From IMG/VR virus record IMGVR_UViG_3300005265_000001, positions 32,001 to 96,000 of that record: a DNA stretch of 64,000 bases; one strand, written 5' to 3'. This stretch comes from a virus. The position numbers and the translations under genes are program-made. Shown one piece after another: positions 17,125 to 28,328 of this stretch (position 1 is the stretch's first letter; each line of letters opens with the position of its first letter). Below the pieces are notes generated by a model. The model was not told the origin of the DNA. It made no database searches and saw only the letters and a list, made by a program, of their open reading frames with translations.

Positions 17125-19642
17125 AGACACAGAAAAAACAGAAGCATTAACCGGGGATTTTGAGCAAGATATTAAACGGCCAAAGGCTGTAATAAAAGAC
17201 ATTCTTTCAATGCTTGAATTACTTTCCCAACGGGGGGGTAAAACAGGCAAATCTTTTGAGGGAATGTATAATATTATAAAGGACGTTTCATCATTAAAAT
17301 TAAGTAAAGAACAAATTGAAAAGTTGACAGGTGTTTTATATGGATATGGTCAGACAATGGCTGACATATCTAATAAAGGTGAAACGTGGAACACTATTAA
17401 TAATGCTTTGGCATATACAATGAACATGCGGTTACGTGGTGTTCTTGAAAATTTGATGAGGGATTTTACGGAAGTTAGAAAAGAAGGTTCCAAAACAAAT
17501 GCTGTAATTAAGGCCATTATTGGAAACATTGTAAAATATGGTAGAATGTATTTAGGTATTCATACATTCAGAAAGTCTTTTTTAATGACGGCACATTTAC
17601 AAGATGAGGCAGTTGAACTTACTGAATTAACTGATAAATACAAAAATGTATTTGAAGCACGTCGGGCACTTATCAAATTTTTTAATCAAATTCCTATTTA
17701 TGCCGAAAATGCTGTGAAGGTTTTGGGGGAATTGTGGAAAAGTGGGTTTACAGGTGGAAAAGAGAAGGCGGAAGAATTTGCAATGGGAATTGCCAAAATA
17801 TTTCAAGCGGTCAAGTATTTAAATAATGAAGTTTTGGTTAAAGGTGCCGTTGGGTTTGAAAAAGTGGGCCTTTCAATCCATGCTTATCAAACCATAGTGG
17901 GAAACTTAATTCAATTAAAACGCCATGCACAAGCCACAACTGAACAAATCAATAGAGCTTTACAGGATGCAGTGGAAAATCATGCAACTTTAGCGTCAAT
18001 AGCAAAAGAACAACATAAAAATTTAGTAGAAGTTGTAAGTGATTATAATAGAGCGTCAATTGCGGCCAATAAACTTGGAAAGGGTGGTAATGAATTATTT
18101 CAACAAATGTTCAAAGCATATAGAACTAAAGATTATGCTGTTTTAATGGATTTATTTGGGCCAAAATTGGGAAAAATGGTCACTGTTACAATAGATCAAA
18201 TGAGAAAAGGTGGAAAAGGATTTACTGAAACTTTTGATGCAATGTTAAAAACAATAATGAGAAGTGGAAATTTTAATGAGGCACTTCTTAAACACTTAGG
18301 TTTTGATGTTTCAACGGAACAAATTAAAAGATTTAGATTGCAATATGATAGATTTATGAAATCCGCAAAACATATTGATTTTGAGGCGGGAGCTGAGCAT
18401 TTTGAAGAAGCTGTTCATAAATATGAAAAAACATGGGAAGCATTTAATAAAAATTTTGTAAATCAATTTAAAGGTGCATTTTTAACAGTTGGAACATATT
18501 TACTTGATTTTTTTAACAAACATAAAGAAACTATTAATAAATTTTTACATACAATTTCCGGGTTTATCAAAAATCACCCCATTGTTACAATGTTAGCGGG
18601 TGGGGCTTTAACATTTGGGTCCGGAAGTTTGATTAAAACATTATTTAGTAAGATTTTTGGGGGATTTTTTGGAAAAGGTGTGTCTGATAATACCAAAAAA
18701 ACCGCCACAAACACAGGTCGTATTTATAGACTTTTATTAAGAGGTGGTATGTTTGAAGGCGGGGCAATTACAAAATTAAGAGGGGCAATTTTATCAAGAT
18801 TGGGAATTGATAGTTTCAAATCAATGTTTACGGCAAGTTTGCCCGCTATGTTTTCAAATTTATTTGGTGGTGGAATGATAGGAAGTATTGCTGGAATAGT
18901 TGGTCCTATTGTAATGGTTATATTGGGATCAATTGCAGTTTATACAATTGTTTCCAAAATTTTCAAATTTTTTGGATGGGATAAAAAAATAGAAGAGGCA
19001 AGTGCAAAATTTTTCAATGATGTTGAAAGGGAACGTAAAAAAATTACAGGATTTTATGAAAAAGAAAGAGTGGCAAAACAAGAAAAAGTTTATCTTGATG
19101 TTCATAAAGGGGATATAATCAAGTGGAAAAATGAATTAGTAAAGGCCGGATTGATATCAAGTGGCGAAAAATATGGGCTTGGAGAAAGTTTATCAAAAAT
19201 TTGGCAAGCAAAACAAATGGGATTAAATGGAACAGAAAATTTAACAAATAAAGAAATGGTTATAATTGCACGCAAAATGGAAAATGAAAGATGGGGCGGA
19301 AAAACATATTCGGCTTGGGATAGGGGTATATTAACACTTTATCAACTTGAATCATATTTACCATTTTTGAAAAAATATAGTCAAAAACGGGCCGCTGAAT
19401 ATATAGAAAGAGAAAAACTTGTCACAACAGAAGGACGTGGACCTGTAACTTTAAATGATGTTAGACAAGTAATTGAAATCCCAGAAGCCAAAGAATTATC
19501 AAGTTCCGCACAAAATTTACAAATATCTTCTGATAATTTGAATAAAGCAACAGATAAATTATTAGCATTGGTAAATGGTATTCCAACATTAAACCATTCA
19601 ACTCAAAACCAAAGTCTTGCGAGATCATGGGGGGTTCCTTAA
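17114..19642 (+). CDS. Tape measure protein
   Basis: Synteny; helical composition; Gly/hydrophobic segments. Confidence 0.8.
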   Translation: MATKDTEKTEALTGDFEQDIKRPKAVIKDILSMLELLSQRGGKTGKSFEGMYNIIKDVSSLKLSKEQIEKLTGVLYGYGQTMADISNKGETWNTINNALAYTMNMRLRGVLENLMRDFTEVRKEGSKTNAVIKAIIGNIVKYGRMYLGIHTFRKSFLMTAHLQDEAVELTELTDKYKNVFEARRALIKFFNQIPIYAENAVKVLGELWKSGFTGGKEKAEEFAMGIAKIFQAVKYLNNEVLVKGAVGFEKVGLSIHAYQTIVGNLIQLKRHAQATTEQINRALQDAVENHATLASIAKEQHKNLVEVVSDYNRASIAANKLGKGGNELFQQMFKAYRTKDYAVLMDLFGPKLGKMVTVTIDQMRKGGKGFTETFDAMLKTIMRSGNFNEALLKHLGFDVSTEQIKRFRLQYDRFMKSAKHIDFEAGAEHFEEAVHKYEKTWEAFNKNFVNQFKGAFLTVGTYLLDFFNKHKETINKFLHTISGFIKNHPIVTMLAGGALTFGSGSLIKTLFSKIFGGFFGKGVSDNTKKTATNTGRIYRLLLRGGMFEGGAITKLRGAILSRLGIDSFKSMFTASLPAMFSNLFGGGMIGSIAGIVGPIVMVILGSIAVYTIVSKIFKFFGWDKKIEEASAKFFNDVERERKKITGFYEKERVAKQEKVYLDVHKGDIIKWKNELVKAGLISSGEKYGLGESLSKIWQAKQMGLNGTENLTNKEMVIIARKMENERWGGKTYSAWDRGILTLYQLESYLPFLKKYSQKRAAEYIEREKLVTTEGRGPVTLNDVRQVIEIPEAKELSSSAQNLQISSDNLNKATDKLLALVNGIPTLNHSTQNQSLARSWGVP

Positions 19643-19647
19643 AATAA

Positions 19648-20166
19648 ATGAATAGCACAGAATTTTTAAATCAATGTTACATAAAAGACCTGGTTGATGA
19701 ATGGATTTATAAATTTCAATTGATGCCAAATGAAATAACACTTGAAAAAGGAACTAATTGGGAAGATGTGGAAATTCCTGGGCGGTCTGTTCCACTAAAA
19801 TTTTATAGGTCGTCAAATTCTGAAAAATTATTATTAAATTTGCAATTAGTAACATCTATGTTTCAAGGGGATAATGCTGAGGCTATGGTTTATCAAGCTA
19901 TAAGAAATTTAAAATCAATGCCTTATCCTGATTATTCTGGAAGATATGTTAAACCACCGCATAAATATTTAATTGTGATTAGTAACACTTTTAATGACCC
20001 AACTTTTGATATGTATCAATATATTGCAGTTTGTCGAAATGTTAGAGTCACTTATAAATTACCTTATGATTTTACAAGCGGTCGATCAATGTATGTTGAA
20101 GTTCAAGCGGATTTTGAAGAGGTAAGAGATGAACCTTATGATTTGAATATAATTAGAGGTGTTTAA
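19648..20166 (+). CDS. Tail tube initiator / baseplate tube-like protein
   Basis: FQLMPNEI...W....IPGRS.P motif; follows the tape measure. Confidence 0.7.
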   Translation: MNSTEFLNQCYIKDLVDEWIYKFQLMPNEITLEKGTNWEDVEIPGRSVPLKFYRSSNSEKLLLNLQLVTSMFQGDNAEAMVYQAIRNLKSMPYPDYSGRYVKPPHKYLIVISNTFNDPTFDMYQYIAVCRNVRVTYKLPYDFTSGRSMYVEVQADFEEVRDEPYDLNIIRGV

Positions 20167-20168
20167 AA

Positions 20169-20528
20169 TTGTTAAATATCAGTAAAAAACAATCAAAACA
20201 TTTAAAATATGAGGTAAATACTGTTGATGATAAGTTACTTTCAGATGATAAATCAAGATATTATGGTTTGAAATTTTTAGAATCGGCGGTTGTTACGGAT
20301 TCCTTGTGGATTGAAAGTTTTGAAAGAAAAGAAATTCCTGAAAGTGATAATGATTTATACATAGAATTTCAAAAAGGTGACAGATTAGATTTATTATCAT
20401 TTCATTATTATGGAACTTCAAGGTTATGGTGGGCTATTGCAATAGCCAATAATATCCAAAACCCATTTAAAGAAATAAAACCGGGAACAATGATTCGGAT
20501 TCCCGATATAAATTTAATTAGAAGGTAG
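20169..20528 (+). CDS. LysM-domain baseplate wedge protein, gp53/tail X-like
   Basis: GDRLDLLSFHYYGTSRLWWAIAIANNI..PF...PG..IRIP. Confidence 0.85.
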   Translation: MLNISKKQSKHLKYEVNTVDDKLLSDDKSRYYGLKFLESAVVTDSLWIESFERKEIPESDNDLYIEFQKGDRLDLLSFHYYGTSRLWWAIAIANNIQNPFKEIKPGTMIRIPDINLIRR

Positions 20529-20533
20529 GTTCC

Positions 20534-21928
20534 ATGTTCAATTATAATCAATACATACCCCAACCCGCTTTTGGGTTTGTTCATTTTGAATTGTTTAATA
20601 GAAATAAAAAAGTTGTATTGAAAACTCCAAGTATAAATGAAAAATTAAATTCAAGAATAATTGAAATGCAATACACACGGAACATGGCGAATAGAGCCAA
20701 TCAATTGACATTTAAATTGTTTGATGAAACATGGGGGGAACTTGAAGACGATATTATTGAAATTTATAGAGATGATGATTCAAGATTGTTGTTAAAATAT
20801 GGGTGGATAGGAAATGATGGCGAAATTTATGAATCTCAGTATTATTCTTTATCTTTGACACATATTCGACCTGAATTTAGAATTGATGGACTTATTTTAA
20901 CTTTTGATGCTATTTCAAATGTAGATGATTTTTTTCAAAACAAATTCAAATATAATACATTTGCTTTAAAGGAATTTGCGTGTAGGCATTTACCATATTT
21001 GAATCAATATCTTAAAATGGATCATAAAACATCTAAAGTAAATGCTGATTTAATAGAAAGGTCTCCCGTTTCCCCTTCGGATGTAGTAAAAGCCTTTGCA
21101 ATATTTAAAAAATTTGATTATGATATTGATGAAACTCATATTGTTTTGCACCATTGGTCCCATACAAAAACGATTAGACAACCTTGGGTTCCACCAATGA
21201 ATGATGTTACAATTGGGAGCTATATAAAAGATGAAATTCTACCAATTTCATGTGGTAGAAACAATAAACCTGGATATTATTTTTGGGTTGAAGACGGGGA
21301 AGAAAGGCCAAAAATAATTTTTAAACAAATGAAAGAAAGTGATGATGTTTTGAAATATATATATTTAAGAGAAGAAAATAGTGAAGTGATAAGTTTTAGT
21401 CCCGTTTTATTAGGAAAATTTGCAAGTTTAAAAACACCTTCTGAATCAATGCAATATGTAGATTTGCAAACAGGGCACAAAAAAATCATACTGAAACATG
21501 CGGAGAGGGTTAATTGTGGTGGAAATAATCATTTGCCAATTGATAAAATAGGCGGGAATTATGTTACTTTGAAAAAAAGAGATAATGACACAATACCAGA
21601 AAAAGAAAAAATTGCGAAAAACACACATAATATTAAAGATCAACATCACACCCTTGAAATGAGTGAAATTAAAACGGCGCATAGTATGATTTATGATATG
21701 AATACAACTTTTGAGGCGGAATTGCGTATAATTTGCAACCCTAAATTAAATCCATACGCAACAATTTATGTAGAAGTTCCAAAACCAAACGGGGAACTTC
21801 ATTATGCAAGTGGGCAATATAGAATAACCGAAATCACAGATAGATATGTTAATGGTGTTTTGGAATCAACTATAAAATTGATAAGAAATTCACTTTTAAC
21901 ACAATCACAACAAGTGGTGAAAGACTAA
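20534..21928 (+). CDS. Baseplate hub protein, gp27/gpD-like
   Basis: Synteny; C-terminal SGQYRITEITD...ESTIKL. Confidence 0.7.
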   Translation: MFNYNQYIPQPAFGFVHFELFNRNKKVVLKTPSINEKLNSRIIEMQYTRNMANRANQLTFKLFDETWGELEDDIIEIYRDDDSRLLLKYGWIGNDGEIYESQYYSLSLTHIRPEFRIDGLILTFDAISNVDDFFQNKFKYNTFALKEFACRHLPYLNQYLKMDHKTSKVNADLIERSPVSPSDVVKAFAIFKKFDYDIDETHIVLHHWSHTKTIRQPWVPPMNDVTIGSYIKDEILPISCGRNNKPGYYFWVEDGEERPKIIFKQMKESDDVLKYIYLREENSEVISFSPVLLGKFASLKTPSESMQYVDLQTGHKKIILKHAERVNCGGNNHLPIDKIGGNYVTLKKRDNDTIPEKEKIAKNTHNIKDQHHTLEMSEIKTAHSMIYDMNTTFEAELRIICNPKLNPYATIYVEVPKPNGELHYASGQYRITEITDRYVNGVLESTIKLIRNSLLTQSQQVVKD

Positions 21929-22896
21929 TGATAACAGGAATTTTTTTAGCAACAGTTGAATATAATCTTGACCCATTACAAAGGGGGAGAATAAAGGTAA
22001 GAGTCAATGGAATTGATGATATGGATAAACCAGTTGATGATTTGAATTGGGCGGAAATTATTAATATTGGGGGGGCTGGAAATGATTTTGGAAATATAAA
22101 TATCCCTGAAGTGGGTTCAACTGTTTACGTTTCTTTTTTAAATGGTGATCCTAATAAACCTTTGGTTTTGGGGGGATATTATCAACATTCGGCAAATGAT
22201 AAAAATTATGTTTTTAATGAGGAAAGTGAAAAATTAAGAGAAAATATTTATGAAGATGTTGGAGAAATGTGGGCTGTTACTACAACTCCAATTATACCAA
22301 CACCGCATAATATTAATGAATATCCAATAGAAAGTCAAACATTATTGAATAATCAACCAACAAAAAGATTATCAAAAACTTTAAAAGGGCACACAATTTT
22401 AATTGATGATATGGATGGAGAAGAGTCTTTTGAAATTATAGACAGGGCGGGGCAACTTTTAAAATTCAGGGCGAATGTTATAAAGAATCACAATGCACTT
22501 AACAAAAACAGACGTGGTATAAAAAGAGCGGATGCAAAAAACACCTTTTCAAATGATATTTTTGAAGATAGTGGAACCGAAATTGATTTACTTGACATAA
22601 AAGGGCAAGGACTTAAAATCAAATCCAAAAAACACTTGGAAGAAATAAACATAAAATCTATTTCAAAAGATAGCACACAGGAAATTCAATTAAATTCAGG
22701 AAAAGATGATTTTAACATAACAATAAAAAACAAAAATTCTCAATCAACTATTAGAATAAATAATGGAGAAGTTTCTATATTTTCAAATGGCAACATAAAT
22801 ATCATATCGGACAAAAACATTGTAATGAGTGGCAAACAAATAATAACAAATGAAACAAATGAAATTGATGATGAATTTTTTACGGGAAAAGACTAA
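21928..22896 (+). CDS. Baseplate central spike, gp5/gpV OB-fold
   Basis: DPLQRGRIKVRV; IPEVGSTVYVSFLNGDPNKPLVLG. Confidence 0.9.
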   Translation: MITGIFLATVEYNLDPLQRGRIKVRVNGIDDMDKPVDDLNWAEIINIGGAGNDFGNINIPEVGSTVYVSFLNGDPNKPLVLGGYYQHSANDKNYVFNEESEKLRENIYEDVGEMWAVTTTPIIPTPHNINEYPIESQTLLNNQPTKRLSKTLKGHTILIDDMDGEESFEIIDRAGQLLKFRANVIKNHNALNKNRRGIKRADAKNTFSNDIFEDSGTEIDLLDIKGQGLKIKSKKHLEEINIKSISKDSTQEIQLNSGKDDFNITIKNKNSQSTIRINNGEVSIFSNGNINIISDKNIVMSGKQIITNETNEIDDEFFTGKD

Positions 22897-24848
22897 TGGG
22901 TGATATACAGAATCTTATTGATAAATCTTTAACTGAAAGTGAAAATTTTGTGTCTTCAATTAACTGTATTCGGTTAAATGATACAAATGTCAATTTACCA
23001 CGTGGAAATTCCATTAGATTTTATCATAGCAAAATTACAGGTATATTTAAAAATGTCGAAACATATAAGGGGCGGGGGGATATTTTCAATAAAAGGGAAC
23101 AAACTGAATTTATTGATGATAATAACAAATATTATAATGCAATAGTAACAGAATATTCCCTTTTTAATAAATTCCATGTGAAAGGATCGGAAATAATTGC
23201 AGTTTCAACAACATTTCAAGAAATTGAGCTTGATGGTTGCAATGCAAAAATTATTGGAAATCCCTATTATGGTGATATTATTGAGGATTATCATGGAGCC
23301 ATTAAAGATACTTATATAAATGTTACAAATGGGAAATTGATAATCAAACACATGATAATAAAAAATTTGGATGTTTTACTCAAAGATTGTGAAAATGCTG
23401 TAATTGAATTTATAAATTGTGATTTTGATGCTATTAAAGAATTTGGGAATGTTACAAATTGTGAGATATATTTTGCACAATGTAGGGGAGTATCATTTTT
23501 GAGAAAAGGGCTTGTAATGACCAAGTCAAAAATTACTATAAATAATCAAGAAATAAAAAGTAGAAATGATGTAATTTTTAGTGGCACAGAATCGGAAATA
23601 ATTATAAACAATTCTCCCAATATATACTCTTCGGTTGGAATTGTAAATGGAAATGGAACTGATATTAGTATTTATAATTCAAAAATAGATGGAAATCCTC
23701 AATGCGCTTTTGAATTGAGTAATAAAAGCAATTTGAAAATTTCAAAAATTTTTGATGATATAAATTCAGAAGTCTTTCTTAAAAGTAATGATTCGGCAAT
23801 TGATATAAATAATATTCAATCAATATATTCTGAATCAAGTTGTTTTAGTGTTAAAAATTCTTTTGTGAAATTGAATGGGTTTAATATTATTGAAAGTCAA
23901 GATGAAATAATCAATTCAAATCAATCAACCATTAATTATTTCGACGGGAACACAATAAAAGGAATTTCTTTGACTTCTAATAATGATAATTCAATTTTGT
24001 TTAAATCTATAAATACTATTGAAATAGAAACATCGTCATATACCAATTCAAATGTTAAATTTATTGATATAACAGATTTAGATAGTATTATAAATTATAG
24101 TAATTCCAATATATTGAAACTTAATGTTGATACAATAGATAAAGACATAACAACAAACAATTCTAATTTATCTATATATAATAATAGAATACTTAAAAAT
24201 GTCACAGCAAGCAATAAAAGCATTTTTAAGATTTTAACATTTAATGAAATGGGCAATTTTACTTCAAATGATAGTGTGGCAATTATAAAAAAAGGAACTA
24301 AAACAGGAAATATAAATTTGAATGGATCAAAGATAAAAATAGCAAATCTTAATGAAATTGGGTCAATCAACGCAAATAATGATAGTTATTTGGAGGTAAA
24401 ATATATTTCAAATGTTGATGATATAAATGTTTCAGATGGTAGATTCTTAAATCTTTATGATTTGGCTATAACAAGTGGATTGAACTTTGATGGATTTACT
24501 TGTATTTCTAAAGATATAAAAATGGGGTCTTTAAATATTGCCGCAAAAAAAGCGGATTTGTTAAAAATTTATTGTAAAGGAACAATGGAAATTTCGGGGG
24601 CATCTAATGTTGATATGGCCGATATTAGAACAAACGGTTTAAATATAGCAAATTCGTCTAATGTAATGGGAAAAACAGTAAATTCGGGAAGTTTAAATAT
24701 TAGTGGTGGAAGTGTAAATATAAACATTTCGGGTCTTAATGGATGCGGAACTATTTCTGTAAGTAGTTCTCATGATGTTAGCATTTCGCCTGTTACTGCC
24801 ACAAACATCACAATATCCAATTCTAAATGTAATTTGATAAATTATTAA
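22896..24848 (+). CDS. Long N/S/I-rich beta-helix protein, spike-associated
   Basis: Repetitive beta-solenoid composition; coupled to the spike gene. Confidence 0.55.
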   Translation: MGDIQNLIDKSLTESENFVSSINCIRLNDTNVNLPRGNSIRFYHSKITGIFKNVETYKGRGDIFNKREQTEFIDDNNKYYNAIVTEYSLFNKFHVKGSEIIAVSTTFQEIELDGCNAKIIGNPYYGDIIEDYHGAIKDTYINVTNGKLIIKHMIIKNLDVLLKDCENAVIEFINCDFDAIKEFGNVTNCEIYFAQCRGVSFLRKGLVMTKSKITINNQEIKSRNDVIFSGTESEIIINNSPNIYSSVGIVNGNGTDISIYNSKIDGNPQCAFELSNKSNLKISKIFDDINSEVFLKSNDSAIDINNIQSIYSESSCFSVKNSFVKLNGFNIIESQDEIINSNQSTINYFDGNTIKGISLTSNNDNSILFKSINTIEIETSSYTNSNVKFIDITDLDSIINYSNSNILKLNVDTIDKDITTNNSNLSIYNNRILKNVTASNKSIFKILTFNEMGNFTSNDSVAIIKKGTKTGNINLNGSKIKIANLNEIGSINANNDSYLEVKYISNVDDINVSDGRFLNLYDLAITSGLNFDGFTCISKDIKMGSLNIAAKKADLLKIYCKGTMEISGASNVDMADIRTNGLNIANSSNVMGKTVNSGSLNISGGSVNINISGLNGCGTISVSSSHDVSISPVTATNITISNSKCNLINY

Positions 24849-24871
24849 AATAAAAACAAAGGATAATAAAA

Positions 24872-26293
24872 ATGGATTTAGAACCAAGAATTTCATACAT
24901 AAATAAAACTTATGATGATATTAAAGAATATATTATAAGGTTAATTCCAAAAATAACTGATAAATGGACAAATTTCAATGAATCTGATATTGGGATTGTT
25001 ATTATTGAATTATTTGCGGCAATTGCAGATATGTTAAATTTTTATATTGATAATCAAGCCAATGAATCCTATCTCAAAACCGCACTTGAAAGAAAAAATA
25101 TCTATAAATTAGTTCAATTAATTGGTTATAAACCACACAATTATATATCCTCACAGGGAACGGCAATAATTTCAATTGATAGTCCAATTTCAAATGATAT
25201 TTTGATACCAAAATGGACACAAATATCCTCAAAATCTAATCTAAAATTTTATACAATGGAAGAGGCAATTATTCATGCGGGTGATGTTTCCACAAGTGTT
25301 AAAATAAAAGAAGGATTGTTGGCAATTGAAACAGTAAATTCACCTGGTATTCAAGATTGGGAATATAAATTAAACAATCCACAAATTGATATAACAACTA
25401 TTTCAGTTCGATTCAATAATATTGAATGGGAATGGAAAAAAACACTTATAAATTCCACAAAAGATGATACTCATTACACAACTTATTTGGATGCGGAGGG
25501 AAATGTGTATTTAATTTTTGGAGATGGTATAAATGGAAAAATGCCGGATTTAGAAGATGTTGGAGAAATTAAATACTTGTTATCAAATGGAGAAATTGGA
25601 AATGTTGGTAGTGATTTTTTGACAAATATAGACAATGTGATTTATGATTCGGCTGGAAATAAAATTGACAATATCAATGTTCAAAATAATGAAAATATTA
25701 CGGGGGGAACGGGGGTAGAAACACTTAATCATATCAAAAAGTATGCTGGAAAAGAATTACGGACACTTGATAGAATGGTGACAGTTGATGATTATAAAAC
25801 TATTATAGATTTACACCCCTCTATTTGTAAATCTGCGGTTTATGATATTTCAAATGCCGATAAAATTCCATTTCGATTTGCAAAGATTTATGCCATTCCT
25901 AATGGAGGTGGAAATTTAACAACATCTCAAAAGGCAGATTTGCTTGAATATGTCTCAAATTATGCTTTAATTGGAACAACTGCTATTATTGATGATGTGA
26001 AATACAAAAATATTGATTTTGAAATAAATGCCTATTATTATTCACAATATGATAAAAATGTGATTAAAAATACTTTGAATCAGATTATTACTGATTATTT
26101 TTCCGTGGAATCTGAATATATTGAATTTGGAACTAATATTGTAAATTTAACTGAATTATATTCAATGTTAAATGAGGTTGAAGGTGTAGCATACATTGAC
26201 AACATAAATCCAACTGAAAGTTTTATTGAATTGGAAGAGGGCGAATATCCTCTATTATCAACATATAAAATAAATATGGAAAAGGTGAATTAA
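24872..26293 (+). CDS. Baseplate wedge protein, baseplate J / T4 gp6-like
   Basis: WTNFNESDIG, FYIDNQANE, FGDGINGK, RMVTVDDY. Confidence 0.9.
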   Translation: MDLEPRISYINKTYDDIKEYIIRLIPKITDKWTNFNESDIGIVIIELFAAIADMLNFYIDNQANESYLKTALERKNIYKLVQLIGYKPHNYISSQGTAIISIDSPISNDILIPKWTQISSKSNLKFYTMEEAIIHAGDVSTSVKIKEGLLAIETVNSPGIQDWEYKLNNPQIDITTISVRFNNIEWEWKKTLINSTKDDTHYTTYLDAEGNVYLIFGDGINGKMPDLEDVGEIKYLLSNGEIGNVGSDFLTNIDNVIYDSAGNKIDNINVQNNENITGGTGVETLNHIKKYAGKELRTLDRMVTVDDYKTIIDLHPSICKSAVYDISNADKIPFRFAKIYAIPNGGGNLTTSQKADLLEYVSNYALIGTTAIIDDVKYKNIDFEINAYYYSQYDKNVIKNTLNQIITDYFSVESEYIEFGTNIVNLTELYSMLNEVEGVAYIDNINPTESFIELEEGEYPLLSTYKINMEKVN

Positions 26294-26295
26294 CT

Positions 26296-27285
26296 ATGAA
26301 ATACATATTAGATAGAGTTATTTTGATGGTTATAATTGCGGGGATGCTTTTTGCTGGATTGTGGGCTTTTAAATCTTATTTGGAAACAAAAAAAGCAATT
26401 GCATACAAACAACTTGAACACCAAGATAAAGAATATTTGAAAGAATTTGTGAAATTGAAGGATGAAATAGTAAAATTAAAAAGTGAAAGTGTTTCTGAAA
26501 GAAAAATCAAAAAAATAATCAAAGAAGAAATGGGAAAGGTTGTAGTTGATGCAATTAAAAAACATAAAGAAAAACCACAACTTATAACTGTTTCAACCGT
26601 AAACACGAAACAAGAAGTCGAATTGGACCCAAAAATTTGGAAACATTATGAAAATAAAGATAATCCCCATGCTGAATACTATTTTATGAAATTATATAAA
26701 ACTGATTCAAGTGGAACGAAAATTCCTTGGGCATGGGTCATGTATTTTCCAAATAGAGATAAAAAATGGAAATATGGGTTTTATCCATTGAAGTTAAGGT
26801 CAAAAACAGTTGTAACTAAACAAGAAACGGGCGGATTAAATACCTATACTCAATTGACAGTCGAAAATGAAAAGGATAAAGATTCGGCGGGAAAAATTCA
26901 AAAATTAACAATTTCCCCAAAAGATTCTTATGTTAAATTTGTATATCCCCCAAAAAGAGAACGTTTTCATTGGTGGAATCCTAATTTGTCAATTGGTTAT
27001 GGGGTCTATTATAATATAGATGATGATAATTTTGTAAATGGTTTGGAATTTGGTTTTAACTTTTTGAATTATGGAGTTAAAGAACGTGTAAATTATAAAT
27101 TTTTAACATTTGGAATTGGGTCTAATTTTGGTGATGATAATTGGGGCTTTGTAAGTCCTGTGGAAATAAATTTGCAAAAATTTAGAATCCCTCTAATTCA
27201 CCATATTCATTTGATACCTGTAAAAGCGGGATATACAGATGGAAGTGATTGGTTAATTGGAAGCGGATTAAATATTGAATTTTAA
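26296..27285 (+). CDS. Membrane-anchored protein with coiled coil and C-terminal amphipathic beta strands
   Basis: N-terminal TM segment; ends GSGLNIEF. Confidence 0.55.
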   Translation: MKYILDRVILMVIIAGMLFAGLWAFKSYLETKKAIAYKQLEHQDKEYLKEFVKLKDEIVKLKSESVSERKIKKIIKEEMGKVVVDAIKKHKEKPQLITVSTVNTKQEVELDPKIWKHYENKDNPHAEYYFMKLYKTDSSGTKIPWAWVMYFPNRDKKWKYGFYPLKLRSKTVVTKQETGGLNTYTQLTVENEKDKDSAGKIQKLTISPKDSYVKFVYPPKRERFHWWNPNLSIGYGVYYNIDDDNFVNGLEFGFNFLNYGVKERVNYKFLTFGIGSNFGDDNWGFVSPVEINLQKFRIPLIHHIHLIPVKAGYTDGSDWLIGSGLNIEF

Positions 27286-27305
27286 TAAAAAAGGAGATTG
27301 TAAAA

Positions 27306-28316
27306 ATGGCAATTAAAAGAATACCTGGGTATTATGTTTTATATGATAGGTTGAGAAGTGATAAGTATTTTATGGGATATGATTATGGATTTAGAGTTCA
27401 ATTAATGCAGGCTGATTTTGTATTTGATCCTGTAAATCATAAGTCTTGGAATAATATTTCGTCACACGCTTTACCTTCTGGAAACGGTTATTCTCCAATA
27501 ACAGTAGATCATGGATATTTAAGAGACCCAACCAGAGCAGGTGCAATTTACACTAATTCAGAAGGAAATTATGTATCGTCAGCAAGATATAAATATAACA
27601 ATTCTACTGATTCTGTTTTGTGGACGGCTTCTGGGGGGGACATTGGTCCAACTTCGGGGGCCTGTATATGGCATACCTATGGGAATGCAAATGCGGGAGT
27701 TGCGTATGCTATTGTTGGTTATATTGATTTTGGGCAAAATATAACTATAACAGATGGTGACACTTTAAAATTGGATCATTGTTTTTGGTTCGATTTTGTA
27801 AATGATTCAGAATATATTTCCAACTCCATATTTAGGAATTTTGCCTATTATGATGTTTATAAAAATAGATGGGACGTTTTTTCGTCACAATATGAACTTC
27901 AAACATCTGAAAAAGTTCAAATGGCTTTGGTTAAACCAAGTTTTGTTTGGAGTAAAGGTATTAAAACAAAAGGGGATGTAAATTCGGCGGATCTTTTACC
28001 CGCTGGAAATGGTTATAGTGTAAAAAATTTAAAAAATCCCCACCAAACCATTGTGTATGAGAGTGATAAAGCCTATGTTCAATTTTCGTGGGACAATGTT
28101 ATTTGGATTGCGTCTGGGGGAGATATTGGACCAACGTCGGGAGCAATATTATATAGTTTAAATACAAATGTTAGATTGATAACATCTACTTCTAATTATG
28201 AAAGCGTAAATTACCCAATGTTAGGTTATATTGATTTTCTCAGTGATATTACTGTAACAGATGGTCAAACATTAACAGTTAAAAATATAAAAATTAAAAT
28301 AAATTCAATATATTAG
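27306..28316 (+). CDS. Virion protein with two tandem copies of the ORF-53267 domain
   Basis: Two copies of LP.GNGYS...W.ASGGDIGPTSGA...GYIDF. Confidence 0.7.
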   Translation: MAIKRIPGYYVLYDRLRSDKYFMGYDYGFRVQLMQADFVFDPVNHKSWNNISSHALPSGNGYSPITVDHGYLRDPTRAGAIYTNSEGNYVSSARYKYNNSTDSVLWTASGGDIGPTSGACIWHTYGNANAGVAYAIVGYIDFGQNITITDGDTLKLDHCFWFDFVNDSEYISNSIFRNFAYYDVYKNRWDVFSSQYELQTSEKVQMALVKPSFVWSKGIKTKGDVNSADLLPAGNGYSVKNLKNPHQTIVYESDKAYVQFSWDNVIWIASGGDIGPTSGAILYSLNTNVRLITSTSNYESVNYPMLGYIDFLSDITVTDGQTLTVKNIKIKINSIY

Positions 28317-28328
28317 GACTAAAAACCT

